Source of the DNA: an uncultured Candidatus Saccharibacteria bacterium
GTDB lineage: Bacteria > Patescibacteriota > Saccharimonadia > Saccharimonadales > Saccharimonadaceae
Length of the DNA stretch: 36,620 bases
Direction of reading: 5' to 3'
NCBI GenBank assembly: GCA_964622895.1
Contig: CAZUSB010000003.1
Span: 2,403 to 39,022, forward strand
Position numbers and translations under genes: made by a program. Numbering within the stretch: the first letter of the stretch is position 1; each line of letters begins with the position of its first letter. Of this stretch, positions 24,169-35,135 are shown in pieces. The notes beneath the pieces are model-generated. The model searched no databases and was not told the origin of the DNA. It saw only the letters and a list, made by a program, of their open reading frames with translations.

Positions 24169-25481
24169 TGAAAATTTTAGACACGTTAAAATCGGCTAAT
24201 TCTAACTTAGCGCGAAACAAGGTTCGCACCACATTAACTATTATAGCTATTTTTGTGGGTGCATTTACGCTAGCCCTTACTACTGGAATAAACACTGGGG
24301 TAAATCGCTACATAGATGCTCAACTAGGAAGTATTGGCGGAGAAAACACCTTAATTATCATGCCTAAGCCTGCCGAAGACCCCATGGATAGCTTGAATAG
24401 TGATGAAGCTAAAGAATACAAACCAAAGGCTGAATCGGACTTAGAGCAATCTGCCACAAGCATGGCTGCATCAATGAAACCGATTTCAGAAGCCACCTTA
24501 AACAAAGTTAGAGAAATTAATGGAATTGAGTCTGTCTCGTTTTACAATTCTCCAAGCGTAGACTTTATTGCCAGCTCAAATACAAATAAAAAATTTGTTA
24601 TTACACTAAATGAAGTAATTCCTGGCATAACAGCAGATATGGAAGTAGGAGTAGAACCAAACTCCAACAGCAACAAGCCGGAAATTTCTATAGAACCTAA
24701 GTTTGTAGAAAGCCTTGGTTTTAGCAGCAGCAATGATGCACTGGGTCAAGAGGTCTCAATTGGAGCTACTAACTCTATAACAGGCGAACAAAAGACTATA
24801 AAAGCAACGATCACGGGTGTTCAAGCTAAGTCATTAATGAACGATGGCATGTCTTACGTTAACCCCGCACTAACAAAACAAGTCAGCGAAATCACCAGAA
24901 TTGGAACAGATGATATTCCAGCAAGTAATTTCGCGGCCGTAGCTGTTTTGCAAGACAATCTTTCTAACGAAGAAAAAGATGCTATTAAAAATAAATTAAG
25001 CAACCTTGGGTTATTAGCAAGAACCGTAGATGATCAAATTGGCATAATAAGGTCTGTAATTAATGCTGTTACAGGAGTATTAACAATGTTTGCTGCAATA
25101 GCATTGTTCGCTGCCAGCTTTGGCATTATTAATACTTTATATATGGCCGTTCAAGAAAGAACTCGCGAAATTGGACTAATGAAAGCTATGGGGCTAAGTA
25201 ATGCTAAAGTCTTTATTACCTTCAGCCTTGAAGCAGTTATGATTGGCTTCTGGGGATCTGTACTGGGAGTAGGGGCTGCAATGCTAGCAGGAATTGGCAT
25301 AAATAATATTGCTCAAGAAAGCTTCTTGGGTGATCTAACTGGTTTTACTTTAGTTCAGTTCTCGGCGCAGAATATTGCAATAATAATTGGTATTATTTGT
25401 GTAATTGCGTTTCTTGCAGGAACGTTGCCGGCAGTAAGAGCATCTAAATTAAATCCAATTGAAGCACTTAGATACGAATAG
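24168..25481 (+). CDS. ABC transporter permease, FtsX/MacB-type (4 TM with a large extracytoplasmic domain)
   Basis: ATG 24168 (MKILDTLKSANSNLARNKVRTTLT) overlaps the ATPase stop by 1 nt (TAATG). The ORF-track start at 24114 lies inside the ATPase gene. A C-terminal FtsX domain is present. Confidence 0.85.
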   Translation: MKILDTLKSANSNLARNKVRTTLTIIAIFVGAFTLALTTGINTGVNRYIDAQLGSIGGENTLIIMPKPAEDPMDSLNSDEAKEYKPKAESDLEQSATSMAASMKPISEATLNKVREINGIESVSFYNSPSVDFIASSNTNKKFVITLNEVIPGITADMEVGVEPNSNSNKPEISIEPKFVESLGFSSSNDALGQEVSIGATNSITGEQKTIKATITGVQAKSLMNDGMSYVNPALTKQVSEITRIGTDDIPASNFAAVAVLQDNLSNEEKDAIKNKLSNLGLLARTVDDQIGIIRSVINAVTGVLTMFAAIALFAASFGIINTLYMAVQERTREIGLMKAMGLSNAKVFITFSLEAVMIGFWGSVLGVGAAMLAGIGINNIAQESFLGDLTGFTLVQFSAQNIAIIIGIICVIAFLAGTLPAVRASKLNPIEALRYE

Positions 25482-25505
25482 AACTAACTTTTAATAATTT
25501 TATTG

Positions 25506-25931
25506 TTAGTACTTTTTACGTCGTTTTAATTCAGCAACTTTTAGTTTAATGCGCTGCTTATTAATTAATTCGTGAGCTTTTTCTAGCTCAACCACACTAT
25601 CTGCTTCATCACGCATTTTAATGGCACGCTCTAGAGCTAATTTTGTCTCATCTTCTGAAATAGTTGCATCACTCTCAGCATCATCGACCAAAATCTTGAT
25701 CTCATTATTGGCAATCTCAACCACCCCACCTGTTATCGCAAATAAATCTATTTGTGAATTATTAGGGTCTTTTCGATGGTGCACTTTAACCATTCCAGGA
25801 ACAGCCAGCGTCACTAACGCTTCGTGATCAGGATAAACCGCGATCTCTCCATCGGGTGTTGGGATATTAACCTGATAAATATCAGCCTCAAGCATTATTC
25901 CAGATAATGTAATAAGCTTTAGGTTCATCAT
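25506..25931 (-). CDS. atpC: F1 ATP synthase subunit epsilon
   Basis: 141 aa and the last gene of the atp operon. It has an N-terminal beta-sandwich (ITPDGEI..) and a C-terminal helical hairpin. Confidence 0.88.
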   Translation of the reverse strand: MMNLKLITLSGIMLEADIYQVNIPTPDGEIAVYPDHEALVTLAVPGMVKVHHRKDPNNSQIDLFAITGGVVEIANNEIKILVDDAESDATISEDETKLALERAIKMRDEADSVVELEKAHELINKQRIKLKVAELKRRKKY

Positions 25932-28207
<2,276 letters not shown>

Positions 28208-29737
28208 TTAGTCCTCTTTGTATCCTTTGGCCACTACAGCAGCAATTTCATCAATTTTTTCTAACATCTTTTGTGAAGGTTTTTCACCTTTATCTAGCTC
28301 TGCCATATCTTTACCGTACTGGTCACTTAATTTATGCAACAGCGAAGCCTGTGCTTCTTTGATTTGGGACGCCGGAATATTATCAAAAGCACCACTAGTA
28401 ACCGAATAAACACTAACAAACTGTTGCCATACACTCATCGGCAGATATTGTGGTTGCTTAAGTAGTTCTGTTAGCCTCTGTCCACGCTCTATTTGTGCTT
28501 TAGTTGCGTTGTCTAGGTCGCTGCCAAATTGAGCAAAACTCGCTAGTTCTCGATACTGACTGAGACCAAGCTTGAGGTTTCCACCAACACTTTTGACAGC
28601 ACGAGTTTGCGCCGCACCACCCACACGCGATACGGAAAGTCCTGCAGAAATAGCTGGTCTAATACCTTGATTAAACAAGTCTGTCTCTAGAAATATCTGT
28701 CCATCAGTAATGGAAATGACATTTGTCGGAATATAAGCCGAGATATCTCCTGCTTGTGTTTCAATAATCGGGAGTGCCGTCAAGCTACCGCCGCCAAGAT
28801 CGTCAGACAATTTTGCTGAGCGCTCCAGCAAGCGTGAGTGCAGATAAAAAACATCTCCAGGATAGGCTTCACGTCCTGGTGGACGACGAAGGAGAAGTGA
28901 CATTTGACGATAAGCGACTGCATGCTTTGTTAAGTCATCATAAATTATCAAAGCATGCTCGCCCTTGTCGCGAAAATATTCACCCATAGCGGTACCAGCA
29001 TAAGGTGCGAGATAAAGTAGTGAAGCGGGGTCGGATGGACCAGTCGCAACAATAATCGTTTGATCCATAACACCTTCTTCACGAAGACGTTGCGCAAGAC
29101 GTGTGATTTTAGATAATTTTTGACCGACAGCTACATAGATATTTACCACTCCGGTATTTTGTTTGGCTTGATTGATCATTGTATCAATCGTTAGAGCAGT
29201 TTTTCCAGTTTGACGATCACCAATAATAAGCTCACGCTGCCCACGCCCAATAGGGAACATGGCATCGATAGAAACGATACCGGTCATCAATGGCTCGTGA
29301 ACACTTTTTCGTCCCATGACGCCAATCGCTGGTCGCTCCACAAGTCCACGCTGTTTAGTTTTAATTGCTGGTCCACCGTCCAGAGGACGACCGAGCGGGT
29401 CAACAATTCTTCCTAGCATTTCCGGTCCAACTGGTACACTAAGAATCTCATGCTTCATTTTTACCTTTGCGCCAGCTTTGATTTTTGTATCATCGCCCAA
29501 AATAACGGCACCAATCTCATCTTCACCCAAATTTAAAGCGAACGCCTCAATCAGACCGTCGGTAGTTTCAATTTCTAACATTTCATTGTAACCGATACTT
29601 TTTAGTCCATGAATCCAAGCAATGCCGTCGCCAACTCGCATCACAACGCCTGTTTCATCTAGGCCCTCTTTTAAATCAAGTTTTGTAATAGCATCACGTA
29701 GTTGGGTTGATAGTTCTGCTGCAGATATTTCTGACAT
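28208..29737 (-). CDS. atpA: F1 ATP synthase subunit alpha
   Basis: 509 aa. It has the P-loop GDRQTGKT, plus the [42 protein letters not shown] block. Confidence 0.97.
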   Translation of the reverse strand: MSEISAAELSTQLRDAITKLDLKEGLDETGVVMRVGDGIAWIHGLKSIGYNEMLEIETTDGLIEAFALNLGEDEIGAVILGDDTKIKAGAKVKMKHEILSVPVGPEMLGRIVDPLGRPLDGGPAIKTKQRGLVERPAIGVMGRKSVHEPLMTGIVSIDAMFPIGRGQRELIIGDRQTGKTALTIDTMINQAKQNTGVVNIYVAVGQKLSKITRLAQRLREEGVMDQTIIVATGPSDPASLLYLAPYAGTAMGEYFRDKGEHALIIYDDLTKHAVAYRQMSLLLRRPPGREAYPGDVFYLHSRLLERSAKLSDDLGGGSLTALPIIETQAGDISAYIPTNVISITDGQIFLETDLFNQGIRPAISAGLSVSRVGGAAQTRAVKSVGGNLKLGLSQYRELASFAQFGSDLDNATKAQIERGQRLTELLKQPQYLPMSVWQQFVSVYSVTSGAFDNIPASQIKEAQASLLHKLSDQYGKDMAELDKGEKPSQKMLEKIDEIAAVVAKGYKED

Positions 29738-29739
29738 AT

Positions 29740-30141
29740 TTACTCCTTATGTAATCCTTTTAGTTTATTGAGCCTACCCCTCAAGCTGGCGTCAAGTGTA
29801 ACGTCGGCCGTATCAATCATCGCACCACCAACCAGATTTTTATCTATAGTGTTGATTAGTTCTATTTGCTTAGCGCCAGTTTTATTCAAAATATATTTTT
29901 TGATTTTGGCCTCAGAAGCGTTAGAAAGGGGGCGAGCGCTAGTAACCCTAATTATGACCAGGCCCTTGTCTGACAGTTTGCTCTCGATGTCCTTAATAAT
30001 TAATTGAAAATCGTCAGTAGCTCGTTTTTGCACTAAATAGCCGGCGACTTGATCAAGAGCCTGCTGGCTATTTCCGGCTAAGATTTGCTCGCTCGCATAG
30101 TTGGCTAGAGAGCGTCGTGATATGGTCTGGCCAGATCCCAC
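29740..30141 (-). CDS. atpH: F1 ATP synthase subunit delta (OSCP), unusually short
   Basis: 133 aa with a GTG start overlapping the atpF stop by 1 nt. The C-terminal region (VTSARPLS...[11 protein letters not shown]...[11 protein letters not shown]) aligns with delta, and its position in the operon is canonical. Confidence 0.8.
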   Translation of the reverse strand: MGSGQTISRRSLANYASEQILAGNSQQALDQVAGYLVQKRATDDFQLIIKDIESKLSDKGLVIIRVTSARPLSNASEAKIKKYILNKTGAKQIELINTIDKNLVGGAMIDTADVTLDASLRGRLNKLKGLHKE

Positions 30142-30680
30142 TAACTAGCCTCCTTTAACGCCTGCTCGATCAAGGCATCGTCAAGCTCTTGATCAGACAT
30201 TTGGCCGACAACCTTTTCCGTTGCTAATTTTACTAAATTATTAGCCTCTTTTAGTAGATCTTTACGAGCATTTGATTTATCGCGCTCAATTTCTTTTTCG
30301 GCTTCAATGCGAATAGCTTCTGATTTTGTTTTGGCACGCTTTTCTGCCTTACTAACTGTTGTCTCAGCTTCGTCACGGGCATTTTCTACGATTTCTGACG
30401 CTTGCTTACGGGCGTTAGCTAGTATTTCAGCCGTTTTTGATTCACTTTCGGCTGCCTGCGCCTTTAGCTTGTCTGCGGTTGCGGTGCTTTTTTCTATATC
30501 AGCCTCGCGCTTTTCAATTATATTGACGAAAATCGGATAGACCCATTTTCCCATAATAAACACAAGCACCAAAAAGGCGATTAGTTGAAAAATTAAGGTT
30601 TGCCAATCAATACCCAAAGAGCTTAAAAAATCAGTTGACTCCTTTGTTTGCGTAGATGCTATTTGAACTAAAAGGTTCAT
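30141..30680 (-). CDS. atpF: Fo ATP synthase subunit b
   Basis: 179 aa. A single N-terminal TM is followed by a long charged helix, in the canonical operon position. Confidence 0.88.
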   Translation of the reverse strand: MNLLVQIASTQTKESTDFLSSLGIDWQTLIFQLIAFLVLVFIMGKWVYPIFVNIIEKREADIEKSTATADKLKAQAAESESKTAEILANARKQASEIVENARDEAETTVSKAEKRAKTKSEAIRIEAEKEIERDKSNARKDLLKEANNLVKLATEKVVGQMSDQELDDALIEQALKEAS

Positions 30681-30690
30681 TGCTTATACC

Positions 30691-30906
30691 TTAAACAAAG
30701 ATACCCGAAAGAATCGCTACAACAACACCGATAATCGCTAATGAGTCAGCAAAAACGATTGCGGTAATCATCATACTTCGGATATCTGACATCTTTTCTG
30801 GGTTACGAGCTAAAGCGTTTAAAGCCGCAAATCCGATAACTGCTACAGCGATAGCTGCACCAAATGCTGGTATGGCATAGGCTAATGCAAATGCTAATTG
30901 TTCCAT
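30691..30906 (-). CDS. atpE: Fo ATP synthase subunit c
   Basis: 71 aa forming a two-helix hairpin. It has an Ala/Gly-rich helix 1, the ARNPE loop, and a carboxylate Asp in VFADSLAI. Confidence 0.93.
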   Translation of the reverse strand: MEQLAFALAYAIPAFGAAIAVAVIGFAALNALARNPEKMSDIRSMMITAIVFADSLAIIGVVVAILSGIFV

Positions 30907-30943
30907 TTTATATATTTCTCCTTTTATTACTTATTTATTATAA

Positions 30944-31789
30944 TCATTTCTGTGCTTTTGTCACGCCTTTTGCTTGATTTTGAGCAGTTAAATGATCGAG
31001 ATTCTCAGATGAAGGTGCGACCTCAGTGTGAGGCTCGCCGTGACCTTCAAGGGCGAGCGCGGTAAATATCAGTGTCAAGATAAAAAATACATACGCCTGA
31101 ATAAAGCCGATAAATAGCTCAAACGCCATAACCACCGGTAGTGCTAATGTCGAAAAGTACCCTGACAAAATAACGATAACCAAAAGAAGTATCTCGCCGG
31201 CAAATGCGTTTCCAAAAAGACGTAGGCTCAAAGATACGACTCGAGAGAACTCTCCAACAAATTCTAATAACCCTTCAAAAGCGCCGACAGGATCTTTGAA
31301 TGGGTTTCGTAAATAGCGTTTTGCATTACCGATTAACCCCATCTGTCTAATCGCGTAAACCTGAACTGCCACAATCGTTACCGTAGACAGCGCCAGGGTA
31401 AAGTTCAAATCTGCCGGTAACCCACGAAACAACGGGGTGCCATTTACAGTTATACTACCCACACCAGGCAAGATACTTAACCAATAATTGACCAAGACAA
31501 AGACAAATATAGTTATAGCAATCGGAGCGATACTACGTGCCACTTTTTTGTCGGGAATTATTTCCATAACCTGTCCATAAAGAGAGTCAAACATCCAACT
31601 AAAGAGGCCAACAAAGACGTTTTTCTTGCCGTTTTTGGCGGCGTTGGCAGCATAAAAACTCAATCCTAACGTCACCAGCAGACCAATAAAGCCCAGTGTC
31701 ATAGCATTATTAACAGTAAAATTTCCAATAGTAAACACTGGTTCAGCGACAAAGCTGATGTGAATATTGGCACTGGCGAACAGATCCAT
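30944..31789 (-). CDS. atpB: Fo ATP synthase subunit a
   Basis: 281 aa. The conserved Arg motif LSLRLFGNAFAGE is present. It is the first gene of the operon, with a GGAGGTG SD. Confidence 0.92.
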   Translation of the reverse strand: MDLFASANIHISFVAEPVFTIGNFTVNNAMTLGFIGLLVTLGLSFYAANAAKNGKKNVFVGLFSWMFDSLYGQVMEIIPDKKVARSIAPIAITIFVFVLVNYWLSILPGVGSITVNGTPLFRGLPADLNFTLALSTVTIVAVQVYAIRQMGLIGNAKRYLRNPFKDPVGAFEGLLEFVGEFSRVVSLSLRLFGNAFAGEILLLVIVILSGYFSTLALPVVMAFELFIGFIQAYVFFILTLIFTALALEGHGEPHTEVAPSSENLDHLTAQNQAKGVTKAQK

Positions 31790-31834
31790 ACACCTCCATA
31801 GGGGTTAAAATTTACTATTATTTATTCAATCTAT

Positions 31835-31863
31835 ATCATAACAATAAACGCAGACCTTTGCAA
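31835..31863 (-). promoter_or_regulatory. Sigma70-type promoter of the atp operon: TTGCAA, 17 nt, TATGAT (minus strand)
   Basis: The reverse complement reads TTGCAAaggtctgcgtttattgtTATGAT. It lies about 45 nt upstream of the atpB ATG, just downstream of the terminator of the preceding gene. Confidence 0.65.
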
Positions 31864-31864
31864 T

Positions 31865-31891
31865 AAAAAACACGCCCGAAAAATAGGCGTG
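31865..31891 (-). terminator. Intrinsic terminator (minus strand) after the hypothetical gene 31915-32502
   Basis: On the minus strand it reads cacgcc-tatttttcg-ggcgtg followed by TTTTTT. The stem is 6 bp and GC-rich. Confidence 0.6.
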
Positions 31892-31914
31892 CTCTTAAAA
31901 GATAGAGCGTAATA

Positions 31915-32502
31915 TTATTTAGTCAAATCTGTCCGATCAACTATATCGGCGGTTTCGTCAGATTGCAAAACCCAGGCATATCCAGTTTCACTGCCTTCTA
32001 GTAGCGCATCGGAGTCTTCCAACGAAAGTCCAGCGTCCTCATAAGCTATTACTGGCATTCCGATAAACTTATGATCGGTTCTACCTGCGCCATTCTTTAA
32101 TCTAATATCTACATCTTGTAGACCACATAATTGTAATGTTTCATCAACATGGGCGACCTGTCCAACCTCTGTATAGCTCATATCCCTAGCATCTGCCTCT
32201 GGACGTATTCTTGCACCTGGTAAGATCTCCACACAATCATCTCCGTCAACCTTAACAGACATACCAAGCTCGCTATTGAGTGCTTCGATTCGCTTAGAGT
32301 TGTTATACTTAATAGCCCCACCACCAGCCAATACTCCAAAAGCAGCCAAAACTCCAAGTGATTTGATAACAAATGGAGAAATATAAATCTCTCTTTTTTC
32401 AGGCCTACTAGTTTGCTCATTCCTGGCATTAGTTGAGTGGTCATCACTATTTTCTAATGATGATTGAGCTGAATTAGTTAAATTATTTCGTTCGTGATGC
32501 AT
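31915..32502 (-). CDS. Hypothetical membrane-anchored protein (N-terminal polar tail, one TM, ~125-aa acidic extracytoplasmic domain with 2 Cys)
   Basis: ATG 32502 (MHHERNN...) is preferred because the ORF-track GTG 32511 is part of an AAGGTG SD 5 nt upstream of it. The TM is VIKSLGVLAAFGVLAGGGAI. I recognise no family. Confidence 0.6.
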   Translation of the reverse strand: MHHERNNLTNSAQSSLENSDDHSTNARNEQTSRPEKREIYISPFVIKSLGVLAAFGVLAGGGAIKYNNSKRIEALNSELGMSVKVDGDDCVEILPGARIRPEADARDMSYTEVGQVAHVDETLQLCGLQDVDIRLKNGAGRTDHKFIGMPVIAYEDAGLSLEDSDALLEGSETGYAWVLQSDETADIVDRTDLTK

Positions 32503-32534
32503 ATTATTCACCTTATTCTTAATGATTCAATCCT

Positions 32535-32563
32535 ATTATAGCACTTAAGCTAATATTTGTCAA
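32535..32563 (-). promoter_or_regulatory. Consensus sigma70 promoter (minus strand): TTGACA, 17 nt, (TGc)TATAAT
   Basis: The reverse complement reads TTGACAaatattagcttaagtgcTATAAT. It lies about 26 nt upstream of ATG 32502. Confidence 0.7.
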
Positions 32564-32585
32564 CTATAAGTTGATGTGCTACAAT
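32557..32585 (+). promoter_or_regulatory. Promoter TTGTCA, 17 nt, (TGc)TACAAT, 7 nt before ATG 32593 (leaderless MFS mRNA)
   Basis: The sequence is ttgtca + actataagttgatgtgc + tacaat + taactct + ATG. Its -35 overlaps the -35 of the divergent minus-strand promoter. Confidence 0.6.
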
Positions 32586-32592
32586 TAACTCT

Positions 32593-34173
32593 ATGAAAAA
32601 ATCAAAAAAACCACTCACCAAAGAACAAAAACAACCCCCTGGAACAAAACTTAACGATATAGATCCAAAAATCTACACCAAAAGGTGGGCAATTTTAGTC
32701 GCTTTATGTATAGCGTTACTAGCCGTAATGCTAGCAAACAGCAGTTTAAACATGGCACTTCCAGCCATGTCAAAAGATTTACACCTTTCACAGTTAGATC
32801 TAACTTGGGTGGTTAACATTTATACTCTTGTGTTCGCCAGTTTGCTTTTCATTGCCGGCGCAATAGGCGACAGGTACGGACGCAAGAAAGTAATGCAAGC
32901 CGGCTTGGTAGTATTTACACTTGGTTCGGTATACGCTGCCTTCATGTCAGCAACCGGCGGTCAGCTAATTGGCGCAAGGATTGTTATGGGTATTGGCGCC
33001 GCCTTCGTTATGCCCACAACGCTCTCTATTATTAATATTACTTTCCCAAAAAATGAACGTGCTCGCGCCATAGCTATTTGGGGGGCAGTTTCTGGCGTTG
33101 GCATGATGTTAGGCTCTATTATGAGCGGTATTTTGCTAGAACATTTTACTTGGCATTCGCTGTTTGTCTTTAGTGGAATAATTGCTGTCGCTGGTTTAAT
33201 AATTAATCAAATCATCACAGTAGAAAGCTACGACGAAGCTAAAACACCAGTAGACTGGCTTGGCGGCCTATTAAGTGCCCTCGGTATTTTTACAATTGTA
33301 TACGGTATAACCGAAGCACCGTCTTCTGGCTGGGGAAGCTCTGTTGTGCTATTAAACATAGGTTTTGGTCTTCTGTTTTTACTAGCTTTTGTTCTTGTAG
33401 AATTAAAAAGAAAACAGCCAATGTTAGACGTAAGGCTGTTCAAACATCGTTCGTTCTCTATCTCTTCAATTATTTTGATACTTACTTTTTTGGCTATGTC
33501 TGGCGTAATGTTTTCTATGAGCCAATTAATGCAGTTAATCGTAGGTTTCACTCCTTTACAAGCAGCATTTGCTACAATTCCTATAATGCTACCAATGGCA
33601 TTTTTTGGACCAATCGTACCTTTTATTGTTCGTAAAATTGGAGCTAGATTAACAATAACCATCGGGCTATTCCTGGTAACAATCGCCTTCTTGCTTATGG
33701 CCAGCTGGTCTTCTGATGTAACATATTTGCAACTCCTGCTTGTGGGCGGGTTAATGATGTTGGGTATTTCAATATCTATGACACCAACCACCAATATATT
33801 AATGGCTTCTGTACCACGTAACAGGTCTGGTATGGGCTCGGCTATGAACGATGCGACCAGACAGTTGGGAAGCGCCTTAGGGGTAGCAGTATTAGGCGCA
33901 ACGCTTAGCGCCACCTATACGTCTGAAGTCGCAAACATTGCGAATCAATTTTCAGGCAAAGTTCAATCTGGAATTGAAAGTTCACTTGCAGTAGCACTAG
34001 AAATTAGCGATCATTTAGGACCAATGGGCAATAGTGTTGCAGAAGCAGCTAAATTGGCCTGGATGGATGGGCTAGTTGCGGCATGTACCTTAGGTGCAGT
34101 AATATTAGCTATTTCTGCAATAGTTGCTTTTGTTGGCCTGCCAAAACACGTAAAGGGCGACAAAGACGCGTAA
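32593..34173 (+). CDS. MFS transporter, DHA2 (EmrB/QacA, 14-TM) type drug:H+ antiporter-like
   Basis: 526 aa with about 14 TMs. It has MFS motif A (GAIGDRYGRKKV) and motif C-like (GPIVPFIV) regions. Confidence 0.88.
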   Translation: MKKSKKPLTKEQKQPPGTKLNDIDPKIYTKRWAILVALCIALLAVMLANSSLNMALPAMSKDLHLSQLDLTWVVNIYTLVFASLLFIAGAIGDRYGRKKVMQAGLVVFTLGSVYAAFMSATGGQLIGARIVMGIGAAFVMPTTLSIINITFPKNERARAIAIWGAVSGVGMMLGSIMSGILLEHFTWHSLFVFSGIIAVAGLIINQIITVESYDEAKTPVDWLGGLLSALGIFTIVYGITEAPSSGWGSSVVLLNIGFGLLFLLAFVLVELKRKQPMLDVRLFKHRSFSISSIILILTFLAMSGVMFSMSQLMQLIVGFTPLQAAFATIPIMLPMAFFGPIVPFIVRKIGARLTITIGLFLVTIAFLLMASWSSDVTYLQLLLVGGLMMLGISISMTPTTNILMASVPRNRSGMGSAMNDATRQLGSALGVAVLGATLSATYTSEVANIANQFSGKVQSGIESSLAVALEISDHLGPMGNSVAEAAKLAWMDGLVAACTLGAVILAISAIVAFVGLPKHVKGDKDA

Positions 34174-34175
34174 GA

Positions 34176-34184
34176 TGCTATAAT
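34176..34184 (+). promoter_or_regulatory. Extended -10 promoter TGcTATAAT, 7 nt before ATG 34192 (leaderless)
   Basis: The sequence is tgctataat + attaagt + ATG, with no SD. It begins 3 nt after the MFS stop. Confidence 0.6.
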
Positions 34185-34191
34185 ATTAAGT

Positions 34192-35127
34192 ATGGAAAAG
34201 TCAAAATTAAGTGCAAATCAGGTAGCGGTCTCTAATCGCTTAGCTGAACTAGGCATCTCTTCATACAATCAACACCGTCATATCGTAGAAATACTAGGAA
34301 GCATTATAACACCAAACGAAACTATTGAAGCCGTCGTTATTGGTCGAAACGCCAATCATACATCTGCACTTTTTGCCTTAACGCAGAAACAATTATTTTA
34401 TATTGTTGGAGATAAACTATATCATTCAACAAATCAAATCGCCCTGTCTTCATTGATGGGTGTAACTCTTTTGCCAACACCAATACTATCTTCTGTTACC
34501 ATTGAGTCTAAAGCTGGCGAGTTTTGCATAATGGACGCCAATAATTCAAACGCCGATTTCTTCACTAAGCAATTGAATAGAGTTATTAGCCAATCTAACG
34601 ATGAAGAAGGCAACACTCCCGTGGATATGCCAATTGAGCCGGAATCTCCAACGACTACTAACCCCACACCGGTCACCAACACCAATAACGAAGAAACCAC
34701 GCGTACGCCTGTTTTTAATCTAACAAACAATGAACTTGAGTTTATTAGTCAACAGCATGCAGGCATCTTAACAACCGCCTCTGCCAGTGGGGACATTCAT
34801 ACCAACCCTGTTTACTATGTTGTTCAAAATTCAAATATTTACATACTAACTCGTAAAAAAACTCACAAAGCGCAAAACATGGTCTCGCGACCTCAAGCTA
34901 CTTTAGCAATATTAAATAACAATACACTTCAATATGTAACAATCAACGCATTATCTCAAGTAGTTTCTAGTTTAGAAAAAGAAGAATTAATTTATAATTC
35001 CATAAGCGAACAAATTTCAAAAAAATCATCTTCGATTATTCAAAACGCTCTATACGATACAGAAAAAGGCGAGTACACAGTTTTCCAATTAGTACCCGTC
35101 TCTTCATCTAATAACATAAATGCTTAG
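34192..35127 (+). CDS. Two-domain hypothetical protein: N-terminal bacterial PH-like (YokE-like) domain, Thr/Pro/Asn linker, C-terminal PNPOx-like FMN-binding split-barrel domain
   Basis: 311 aa. The C-terminal part (HAGILTTASASGDIHTNPVYYVVQNSNIYILTRKKTHKAQNM..RPQATLAI) resembles pyridoxamine-5'-phosphate-oxidase-like proteins. The N-terminal assignment is tentative. Confidence 0.5.
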   Translation: MEKSKLSANQVAVSNRLAELGISSYNQHRHIVEILGSIITPNETIEAVVIGRNANHTSALFALTQKQLFYIVGDKLYHSTNQIALSSLMGVTLLPTPILSSVTIESKAGEFCIMDANNSNADFFTKQLNRVISQSNDEEGNTPVDMPIEPESPTTTNPTPVTNTNNEETTRTPVFNLTNNELEFISQQHAGILTTASASGDIHTNPVYYVVQNSNIYILTRKKTHKAQNMVSRPQATLAILNNNTLQYVTINALSQVVSSLEKEELIYNSISEQISKKSSSIIQNALYDTEKGEYTVFQLVPVSSSNNINA

Positions 35128-35135
35128 TCCTTGGG

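Noticed and set aside
25483-25517. An AT-rich hairpin, actaac-(16 nt)-gttagt plus TTTTT, between the ABC permease and the atpC 3' end, as a possible bidirectional terminator.
   Set aside because: The stem is only 6 bp and AT-rich, with a 16-nt loop, and there is no T tract on the minus-strand side. It is too weak to call from sequence alone.
30691-30906. ATP synthase c subunit with Asp (VFADSLAI) instead of Glu and an ARNPE loop, as a possible sign of Na+ coupling.
   Set aside because: The full Na+-binding signature (Gln/Glu in helix 1 plus Glu-Ser/Thr-Thr...Tyr in helix 2) is not present. An Asp carboxylate occurs in ordinary H+ enzymes such as that of E. coli.
33228-33914. A 228-aa ORF antisense to the MFS transporter gene. 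Other long antisense or alternative-frame ORFs are listed in the track, for example 13009-13383, 35194-35571, 14887-15237, 4754-5101, 21268-21591 and 22933-23232.
   Set aside because: All lie fully inside well-supported genes with clear homology. They have shadow-frame composition (Ile/Asn/Pro/Ser/Thr/Lys-rich or Arg-rich), and I found no promoter or SD signals. They are best explained as open antisense frames of codon-biased membrane-protein genes.
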